Shown here: positions 54,101 to 64,000 of the stretch, piece by piece
Numbering within the stretch: position 1 is the first letter of the stretch
How the letters are laid out: every line of letters begins with the position of its first letter
Assembly: GCA_964016885.1 (NCBI GenBank)
Contig: OZ024742.1
Coordinates: 342,364,001-342,428,000, forward strand
Direction: 5' to 3'
Length of the DNA: 64,000 bases
Origin: Eledone cirrhosa
Lineage: Eukaryota
Translations under genes and position numbers: made by a program
The notes under the pieces: model-generated
What the model was told of the DNA's origin: nothing
Seen by the model: only the letters and a program-made list of their open reading frames with translations
The model's database searches: none

Positions 54101-57100
54101 GAAGTATGTGATCTCCTGTGGTATGAAGTATGTGATCTCCTGTGGTATGAAGTATGTGATCTCCAGTGGTATGAAGTATGTGATCTACAGTGGTATGAAG
54201 TATGTGATGTCCAGTGGTATGAAGTATGTGATCTACAGTGGTATGAAGTATGTCAGCTCCAGTGGTATGAAGTATGTGATCTCCAGTGGTATGAAGTATG
54301 TGATCTCCAGTGGTATGAAGTATGTGATCTCCTGTGGTATGAAGTATGTGATCTCCAGTGGTATGAAATATGTGATCTCCAGTGGTGTGAAGTATGTGAT
54401 ATCCTGTGGTATGAATTATGTGATCTACAGTGGTATGAAGTATGTGATCTCCAGTGGTATGAAGTATGTGATCTCCAGTGGTATGAAGTATGTGATCTAC
54501 AGTGGTATGAAGTATGTGATCTACAGTGGTATGAAGTATGTGATATCCTGTGGTATGAAGTATGTGATCTCCAGTGGTATGAAGTATGTCAGCTCCACTG
54601 GTATGAAGTATGTGATCTACAGTGGTATGAAGTATGTGATATCCTGTGGTATGAAGTATGTGATGTCCAGTGGTATGAAGTATGTGATCTCCAGTGGTAT
54701 GAAGTATGTCAGCTCCAGTGGTATGAAGTATGTCAGCTCCAGTGGTATGAAGTATGTCAGCTCCTGTGGTATGAAGTATGTGATCTCCAGTGGTATGAAG
54801 TATGTTAGCTCCAGTGGTATGAAGTATGTTAGCTCCAGTGGTATGAAGTATGTGATATCCTGTGGTATGAAGTATGTGATCTCCAGTGGTATGAAGTATG
54901 TGATCTACAGTGGTATGAAGTATGTGATCTACAGTGGTATGATGTATGTCAGCTCCAGTGGTATGAAGTATGTGATCTCCAGTGGTATGAAGTATGTGAT
55001 CTACAGTGGTATGAAGTATGTGATCTACAGTGGTATGAAGTATGTCATATCCTGTGGTATGAAGTATGTGATCTACAGTGGTATGAAGTATGTGATATCC
55101 TGTTGTATTAAGTATGTGATCTCCAGTGGTATGAAGTATGTGATATCCTGTGGTATGAAGTATGTGATCTCCAGTTGTATGGTATGTGATCTACAGTGGT
55201 ATGAAGTATGTGATCTCCAGTGGTATGAAGTATGTGATCTACAGCGGTATGAAGTATGTGATATGCAGTGGTATGAAGTATGTCAGCTCTAGTGGTATGA
55301 ACTATGTGATCTACAGTGGTATGAAGTATGTCAGCTCCAGTGGTATGAAGTATGTGATATCCTGTGGTATGAAGTATGTGATCTACAGTGGTATGAAGTA
55401 TGTCAGCTCCAGTGGTATGAAGTATGTGATCTCCAGTGGTATGAAGTATGTGATCTCCTGTGTTATGAAATATGTGATCTACAGTGGTATGAAGTATGTG
55501 ATCTACAGTGGTATGAAGTATGTGATATCCAGTGGTATGAAGTATGTGATCTCCAGTGGTATGAAGTATGTAATCTCCAGTGGTATGAAGTATGTGATAT
55601 CCTGTGGTATGAAGTATGTGATCTCCTGTGGTATGAGGTATGTGATCTACAGTGGTATGAAGTATGTGATCTCCAGTGGTATGAAGTATGTGATCTCCAG
55701 TGGTATGAAGTATGTGATCTAAAGTGGTATGAAGTATGTGATCTCCAGTGGTATGAAGTATGTAATCTACAGTGGTGTGAAGTATGTGATCTACAGTGGT
55801 ATGAAGTATGTGATCTCCAGTGGTATGAAGTATGTGATCTCCAGTGGTATGAAGTATGTGATATCCTGTGGTATGAAGTATGTGATCTCCTGTGGTATGA
55901 GGTATGTGATCTACAGTGGTATGAAGTATTTGATCTCCAGTGGTATGAAGTATGTGATCTCCAGTGGTATGAAGTATGTGATCTACAGTGGTATGAAGTA
56001 TGTGATCTCCAGTGGTATGAAGTATGTGATCTCCAGTGGTATGAAGTATGTGATCTCCAGTGGTATGAAGTATGTGATCTTCAGTGGTATGAAGTATGTG
56101 ATCTACAGTGGTATGAAGTATGTGATCTACAGTGGTATGAAGTGTGTGATCTACAGTGGTATGAAGAATGTGATCTACAGTGGTATGAAGTATGTGATCT
56201 ACAGTGGTATGAAGTATGTGATCTACAGTGGTATGAATTATGTGATCTCCAGTGGTATGAAATATGTCAGCTCCAGTGGTATGAAGTATGTGATCTACAG
56301 TGGTATGAAGTATGTGATCTACAGTGGTATGAAGTATTTGATCTCCAGTGGTATGAAGTATGTGATCTCCAGTGGTATGAAGTATGTGATCTACAGTGGT
56401 ATGAAGTATGTGATCTCCAGTGGTATGAAGTATGTGATCTACAGTGGTATGAAGTATGTGATCTACAGTGGTATGAAGTATGTCAGCTCCAGTGGTATGA
56501 TGTATGTGATCTCCAGTGGTATGATGTATGTGATCAACTGTGGTATGAAGTATGTGATCTCCTGTGGTATGAAGTATGTGATCTCCTGTGGTATGAAGTA
56601 TGTGATCTCCAGTGGTATGAAGTATGTGATCTACAGTGGTATGAAGTATGTGATGTCCAGTGGTATGAAGTATGTGATCTACAGTGGTATGAAGTATGTC
56701 AGCTCCAGTGGTATGAAGTATGTGATCTCCAGTGGTATGAAGTATGTGATCTCCAGTGGTATGAAGTATGTGATCTCCTGTGGTATGAAGTATGTGATCT
56801 CCAGTGGTATGAAATATGTGATCTCCAGTGGTGTGAAGTATGTGATATCCTGTGGTATGAATTATGTGATCTACAGTGGTATGAAGTATGTGATCTCCAG
56901 TGGTATGAAGTATGTGATCTCCAGTGGTATGAAGTATGTGATCTACAGTGGTATGAAGTATGTGATCTACAGTGGTATGAAGTATGTGATATCCTGTGGT
57001 ATGAAGTATGTGATCTCCAGTGGTATGAAGTATGTCAGCTCCACTGGTATGAAGTATGTAATCTACAGTGGTATGAAGTATGTGATGTCCTGTGGTATGA

Positions 57101-60100
57101 AGTATGTGATGTCCAGTGGTATGAAGTATGTGATCTCCAGTGGTATGAAGTATGTCAGGTCCAGTGGTATGAAGTATGTCAGCTCCAGTGGTATGAAGTA
57201 TGTCAGCTCCTGTGGTATGAAGTATGTGATCTCCAGTGGTATGAAGTATGTCAGCTCCAGTGGTATGAAGTATGTTAGCTCCAGTGGTATGAAGTATGTG
57301 ATATCCTGTGGTATGAAGTATGTGATCTCCAGTGGTATGAAGTATGTGATCTACAGTGGTATGAAGTATGTGATCTACAGTGGTATGAAGTATGTGATCT
57401 CCAGTGGTATGAAGTATGTGATCTCCAGTGGTATGAAGTATGTGATCTTCAGTGGTATGAAGTATGTGATCTACAGTGGTATGAAGTATGTGATCTACAG
57501 TGGTATGAAGTGTGTGATCTACAGTGGTATGAAGAATGTGATCTACAGTGGTATGAAGTATGTGATCTACAGTGGTATGAAGTATGTGATCTACAGTGGT
57601 ATGAATTATGTGATCTCCAGTGGTATGAAATATGTCAGCTCCAGTGGTATGAAGTATGTGATCTACAGTGGTATGAAGTATGTGATCTACAGTGGTATGA
57701 AGTATTTGATCTCCAGTGGTATGAAGTATGTGATCTCCAGTGGTATGAAGTATGTGATCTACAGTGGTATGAAGTATGTGATCTCCAGTGGTATGAAGTA
57801 TGTGATCTACAGTGGTATGAAGTATGTGATCTACAGTGGTATGAAGTATGTCAGCTCCAGTGGTATGATGTATGTGATCTCCAGTGGTATGATGTATGTG
57901 ATCAACTGTGGTATGAAGTATGTGATCTCCTGTGGTATGAAGTATGTGATCTCCTGTGGTATGAAGTATGTGATCTCCAGTGGTATGAATTATGTGATCT
58001 ACAGTGGTATGAAGTATGTGATGTCCAGTGGTATGAAGTATGTGATCTACAGTGGTATGAAGTATGTCAGCTCCAGTGGTATGAAGTATGTGATCTCCAG
58101 TGGTATGAAGTATGTGATCTCCAGTGGTATGAAGTATGTGATCTCCTGTGGTATGAAGTATGTGATCTCCAGTGGTATGAAATATGTGATCTCCAGTGGT
58201 GTGAAGTATGTGATATCCTGTGGTATGAATTATGTGATCTACAGTGGTATGAAGTATGTGATCTCCAGTGGTATGAAGTATGTGATCTCCAGTGGTATGA
58301 AGTATGTGATCTACAGTGGTATGAAGTATGTGATCTACAGTGGTATGAAGTATGTGATATCCTGTGGTATGAAGTATGTGATCTCCAGTGGTATGAAGTA
58401 TGTCAGCTCCACTGGTATGAAGTATGTGATCTACAGTGGTATGAAGTATGTGATATCCTGTGGTATGAAGTATGTGATGTCCAGTGGTATGAAGTATGTG
58501 ATCTCCAGTGGTATGAAGTATGTCAGCTCCAGTGGTATGAAGTATGTCAGCTCCAGTGGTATGAAGTATGTCAGCTCCTGTGGTATGAAGTATGTGATCT
58601 CCAGTGGTATGAAGTATGTTAGCTCCAGTGGTATGAAGTATGTTAGCTCCAGTGGTATGAAGTATGTGATATCCTGTGGTATGAAGTATGTGATCTCCAG
58701 TGGTATGAAGTATGTGATCTACAGTGGTATGAAGTATGTGATCTACAGTGGTATGATGTATGTCAGCTCCAGTGGTATGAAGTATGTGATCTCCAGTGGT
58801 ATGAAGTATGTGATCTACAGTGGTATGAAGTATGTGATCTACAGTGGTATGAAGTATGTCATATCCTGTGGTATGAAGTATGTGATCTACAGTGGTATGA
58901 AGTATGTGATATCCTGTTGTATTAAGTATGTGATCTCCAGTGGTATGAAGTATGTGATATCCTGTGGTATGAAGTATGTGATCTCCAGTTGTATGGTATG
59001 TGATCTACAGTGGTATGAAGTATGTGATCTCCAGTGGTATGAAGTATGTGATCTACAGCGGTATGAAGTATGTGATATGCAGTGGTATGAAGTATGTCAG
59101 CTCTAGTGGTATGAACTATGTGATCTACAGTGGTATGAAGTATGTCAGCTCCAGTGGTATGAAGTATGTGATATCCTGTGGTATGAAGTATGTGATCTAC
59201 AGTGGTATGAAGTATGTCAGCTCCAGTGGTATGAAGTATGTGATCTCCAGTGGTATGAAGTATGTGATCTCCTGTGTTATGAAATATGTGATCTACAGTG
59301 GTATGAAGTATGTGATCTACAGTGGTATGAAGTATGTGATATCCAGTGGTATGAAGTATGTGATCTCCAGTGGTATGAAGTATGTAATCTCCAGTGGTAT
59401 GAAGTATGTGATATCCTGTGGTATGAAGTATGTGATCTCCTGTGGTATGAGGTATGTGATCTACAGTGGTATGAAGTATGTGATCTCCAGTGGTATGAAG
59501 TATGTGATCTCCAGTGGTATGAAGTATGTGATCTAAAGTGGTATGAAGTATGTGATCTCCAGTGGTATGAAGTATGTAATCTACAGTGGTGTGAAGTATG
59601 TGATCTACAGTGGTATGAAGTATGTGATCTCCAGTGGTATGAAGTATGTGATCTCCAGTGGTATGAAGTATGTGATATCCTGTGGTATGAAGTATGTGAT
59701 CTCCTGTGGTATGAGGTATGTGATCTACAGTGGTATGAAGTATTTGATCTCCAGTGGTATGAAGTATGTGATCTCCAGTGGTATGAAGTATGTGATCTAC
59801 AGTGGTATGAAGTATGTGATCTCCAGTGGTATGAAGTATGTGATCTCCAGTGGTATGAAGTATGTGATCTCCAGTGGTATGAAGTATGTGATCTTCAGTG
59901 GTATGAAGTATGTGATCTACAGTGGTATGAAGTATGTGATCTACAGTGGTATGAAGTGTGTGATCTACAGTGGTATGAAGAATGTGATCTACAGTGGTAT
60001 GAAGTATGTGATCTACAGTGGTATGAAGTATGTGATCTACAGTGGTATGAATTATGTGATCTCCAGTGGTATGAAATATGTCAGCTCCAGTGGTATGAAG

Positions 60101-63100
60101 TATGTGATCTACAGTGGTATGAAGTATGTGATCTACAGTGGTATGAAGTATTTGATCTCCAGTGGTATGAAGTATGTGATCTCCAGTGGTATGAAGTATG
60201 TGATCTACAGTGGTATGAAGTATGTGATCTCCAGTGGTATGAAGTATGTGATCTACAGTGGTATGAAGTATGTGATCTACAGTGGTATGAAGTATGTCAG
60301 CTCCAGTGGTATGATGTATGTGATCTCCAGTGGTATGATGTATGTGATCAACTGTGGTATGAAGTATGTGATCTCCTGTGGTATGAAGTATGTGATCTCC
60401 TGTGGTATGAAGTATGTGATCTCCAGTGGTATGAAGTATGTGATCTACAGTGGTATGAAGTATGTGATGTCCAGTGGTATGAAGTATGTGATCTACAGTG
60501 GTATGAAGTATGTCAGCTCCAGTGGTATGAAGTATGTGATCTCCAGTGGTATGAAGTATGTGATCTCCAGTGGTATGAAGTATGTGATCTCCTGTGGTAT
60601 GAAGTATGTGATCTCCAGTGGTATGAAATATGTGATCTCCAGTGGTGTGAAGTATGTGATATCCTGTGGTATGAATTATGTGATCTACAGTGGTATGAAG
60701 TATGTGATCTCCAGTGGTATGAAGTATGTGATCTCCAGTGGTATGAAGTATGTGATCTACAGTGGTATGAAGTATGTGATCTACAGTGGTATGAAGTATG
60801 TGATATCCTGTGGTATGAAGTATGTGATCTCCAGTGGTATGAAGTATGTCAGCTCCACTGGTATGAAGTATGTGATCTACAGTGGTATGAAGTATGTGAT
60901 ATCCTGTGGTATGAAGTATGTGATGTCCAGTGGTATGAAGTATGTGATCTCCAGTGGTATGAAGTATGTCAGGTCCAGTGGTATGAAGTATGTCAGCTCC
61001 AGTGGTATGAAGTATGTCAGCTCCTGTGGTATGAAGTATGTGATCTCCAGTGGTATGAAGTATGTCAGCTCCAGTGGTATGAAGTATGTTAGCTCCAGTG
61101 GTATGAAGTATGTGATATCCTGTGGTATGAAGTATGTGATCTCCAGTGGTATGAAGTATGTGATCTACAGTGGTATGAAGTATGTGATCTACAGTGGTAT
61201 GAAGTATGTCAGCTCCAGTGGTATGAAGTATGTGATCTCCAGTGGTATGAAGTATGTGATCTACAGTGGTATGAAGTATGTGATCTACAGTGGTATGAAG
61301 TATGTGATCTACAGTGGTATGATGTATGTCAGCTCCAGTGGTATGAAGTATGTCAGCTCCTGTGGTATGAAGTATGTGATCTCCAGTGGTATGAAGTATG
61401 TCAGCTCCAGTGGTATGAAGTACGTTAGCTCCAGTGGTATGAAGTATGTGATATCCTGTGGTATGAAGTATGTGATCTCCAGTGGTATGAAGTATGTGAT
61501 CTACAGTGGTATGAACTATGTGATCTACAGTGGTATGAAGTATGTCAGCTCCAGTGGTATGAAGTATGTGATCTCCAGTGGTATGAAGTATGTGATCTAC
61601 AGTGGTATGAAGTATGTGATCTACAGTGGTATGAAGTATGTGATCTACAGTGGTATGATGTATGTCAGCTCCAGTGGTATGAAGTATGTGATCTCCAGTG
61701 GTATGAAGTATGTGATCTACAGTGGTATGAAGTATGTGATCTACAGTGGTATGAAGTATGTGATCTACAGTGGTATGAAGTATGTCAGCTCCAGTGGTAG
61801 GAAGTCTGTGATCTCCAGTGGTATGAAGTATGTGATCTACAGTGGTATGAAGTATGTGATGTCCAGTGGTATGAAGTATGTGATCTCCAGTGGTATCAAG
61901 TATGTGATCTACAGTGGTATGAAGTATGTGATCTACAGTGGTATGAAGTATGTCATATCCTGTGGTATGAAGTATGTGATCTACAGTGGTATGAAGTATG
62001 TGATATCCTGTTGTATTAAGTATGTGATCTCCAGTGGTATGAAGTATGTGATATCCTGTGGTATGAAGTATGTGATCTCCAGTGATATGGTATGTGATCT
62101 ACAGTGGTATGAAGTATGTGATCTCCAGTGGTATGAAGTATGTGATCTACAGCGGTATGAAGTATGTGATATGCAGTGGTATGAAGTATGTCAGCTCTAG
62201 TGGTATGAACTATGTGATCTACAGTGGTATGAAGTATGTCAGCTCCAGTGGTATGAAGTATGTGATATCCTGTGGTATGAAGTATGTGATCTACAGTGGT
62301 ACGAAGTATGTCAGCTCCAGTGGTATGAAGTATGTGATCTCCAGTGGTATGAAGTATGTGATCTCCTGTGTTATGAAATATGTGATCTACAGTGGTATGA
62401 AGTATGTGATCTACAGTGGTATGAAGTATGTGATATCCAGTGGTATGAAGTATGTGATCTCCAGTGGTATGAAGTATGTAATCTCCAGTGGTATGAAGTA
62501 TGTGATATCCTGTGGTATGAAGTATGTGATCTCCTGTGGTATGAGGCATGTGATCTACAGTGGTATGAAGTATGTGATCTCCAGTGGTATGAAGTATGTT
62601 ATCTCCAGTGGCATGAAGTATGTGATCTAAAGTGGTATGAAGTATGTGATCTCCAGTGGTATGAAGTATGTGATCTACAGTGGTATGAAGTATGTGATCT
62701 CCAGTGGTATGAAGTATGTGATCTCCAGTGGTATGAAGTATGTGATATCCTGTGGTATGAAGTATGTGATCTCCTGTGGTATGAGGTATGTGATCTACAG
62801 TGGTATGAAGTATTTGATCTCCAGTGGTATGAAGTATGTGATCTCCAGTGGTATGATGTATGTGATCTACAGTGGTATGAAGTATGTGATCTCCAGTGGT
62901 ATGAAGTATGTGATCTCCAGTGGTATGAAGTATGTGATCTCCAGTGGTATGAAGTATGTGATCTTCAGTGGTATGAAGTATGTGATCTACAGTGGTATGA
63001 AGTATGTGATCTACAGTGGTATGAAGTGTGTGATCTACAGTGGTATGAAGAATGTGATCTACAGTGGTATGAAGTATGTGATCTACAGTGGTATGAAGTA

Positions 63101-64000
63101 TGTGATCTACAGTGGTATGAATTATGTGATCTCCAGTGGTATGAAATATGTCAGCTCCAGTGGTATGAAGTATGTGATCTACAGTGGTATGAAGTATGTG
63201 ATCTACAGTGGTATGAAGTATGTGATCTCCAGTGGTATGAAGTATGTGATCTCCAGTGGTATGAAGTATATGATCTACAGTGGTATGAAGTATGTGATCT
63301 CCAGTGGTATGAAGTATGTGATCTACAGTGGTATGAAGTATGTGATCTACAGTGGTATGAAGTATGTCAGCTCCAGTGGTATGATGTATGTGATCTCCAG
63401 TGGTATGAAGTATGTGATCAACAGTGGTATGAAGTATGTGATCTCCTGTGGTATGAAGTATGTGATCTCCTGTGGTATGAAGTATGTGATCTCCAGTGGT
63501 ATGAAGTATGTGATCTACAGTGGTATGAAGTATGTGATGTCCAGTGGTATGAAGTATGTGATCTACAGTGGTATGAAGTATGTCAGCTCCAGTGGTATGA
63601 AGTATGTGATCTCCAGTGGTATGAAGTATGTGATCTCCAGTGGTATGAAGTATGTGATCTCCTGTGGTATGAAGTATGTGATCTCCAGTGGTATGAAATA
63701 TGTGATCTCCAGTGGTATGAAGTATGTGATATCCTGTGGTATGAAGTATGTGATCTACAGTGGTATGAAGTATGTGATCTCCAGTGGTATGAAGTATGTG
63801 ATCTCCAGTGGTATGAAGTATGTGATCTACAGTGGTATGAAGTATGTGATCTACAGTGGTATGAAGTATGTGATATCCTGTGGTATGAAGTATGTGATCT
63901 CCAGTGGTATGAAGTATGTCAGCTCCACTGGTATGAAGTATGTGATCTACAGTGGTATGAAGTATGTGATATCCTGTGGTATGAAGTATGTGATGTCCAG
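51200..64000 (+). repeat. Higher-order repeat domain with base period 2446 bp (102 monomers - 2 bp) and length variants of 3814 and 3094 bp
   Basis: The -AA marker monomer recurs at 52733, 55179, 58993 and 62087; CTAAAG recurs at about 53274/55720/59534/62628. The 3814-bp unit contains an extra 1368-bp copy (ORFs 56142/57510). Confidence 0.92.

Larger units (their letters stand above)
1..64000 (+). repeat. 24-bp tandem satellite/minisatellite array, consensus ATGAAGTATGTGATCTMCAGTGGT, about 2,670 copies, extends beyond both window ends
   Basis: Every line consists of this monomer or a variant differing by a few bases. All copies are in the same orientation with no intervening unique DNA. Consensus has 7 G versus 2-3 C (37.5-41.7% GC) and no CpG. 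Confidence 0.99.

Noticed and set aside
1-64000. CRISPR array
   Set aside because: Repeats are directly adjacent with no unique spacers, leader or cas genes.
1-64000. Telomerase-made long telomeric repeat, like the 23-25 bp units of Candida/Kluyveromyces
   Set aside because: Unit length and G/T-rich strand are superficially similar, but I do not recognise the sequence as a known telomere unit. The length and the inherited multi-kb variant blocks indicate recombinational amplification rather than templated synthesis. A subtelomeric location is not excluded.
1-64000. Ice-nucleation-protein-like or other octapeptide-repeat gene
   Set aside because: No frame resembles the AGYGSTxT octapeptide, there is no third-position degeneracy typical of old coding repeats, and frameshifts are tolerated and amplified.
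1-64000. Rolling-circle or sequencing concatemer artefact, or synthetic data-encoding DNA
   Set aside because: Rare variants recur in long collinear blocks with nested and diverged copies, as expected from evolutionary duplication and not from random error or one circular template. Individual duplications could still be misassembled.

Overview
The whole 64-kb window is one uninterrupted, head-to-tail tandem array (satellite/minisatellite DNA) of a 24-bp monomer, consensus ATGAAGTATGTGATCT(A/C)CAGTGGT. It has about 2,670 copies, all in one orientation, and runs off both ends. I see no unique sequence, credible gene, RNA gene, CRISPR spacer or intact mobile element. The huge ORFs (up to 8,880 aa) arise because 24 is a multiple of 3 and the consensus has no stop in four of six frames. 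The real information is in the variant pattern: a pervasive A/C dimorphism, a few linked multi-base monomer haplotypes, and rare indels confined to one short part of the monomer. These reveal nested, irregular higher-order duplications (offsets 866, 1249, 1893, 2446, 2472, 2904, 3000, 4872, 5616 and 6581 bp), regional variant domains and one unique TAATT lesion at 12.57 kb. Organism and function cannot be determined from the sequence; a eukaryotic heterochromatic, subtelomeric or centromere-associated satellite is the most economical reading (inference). I cannot support a claim of a new protein-based system here.
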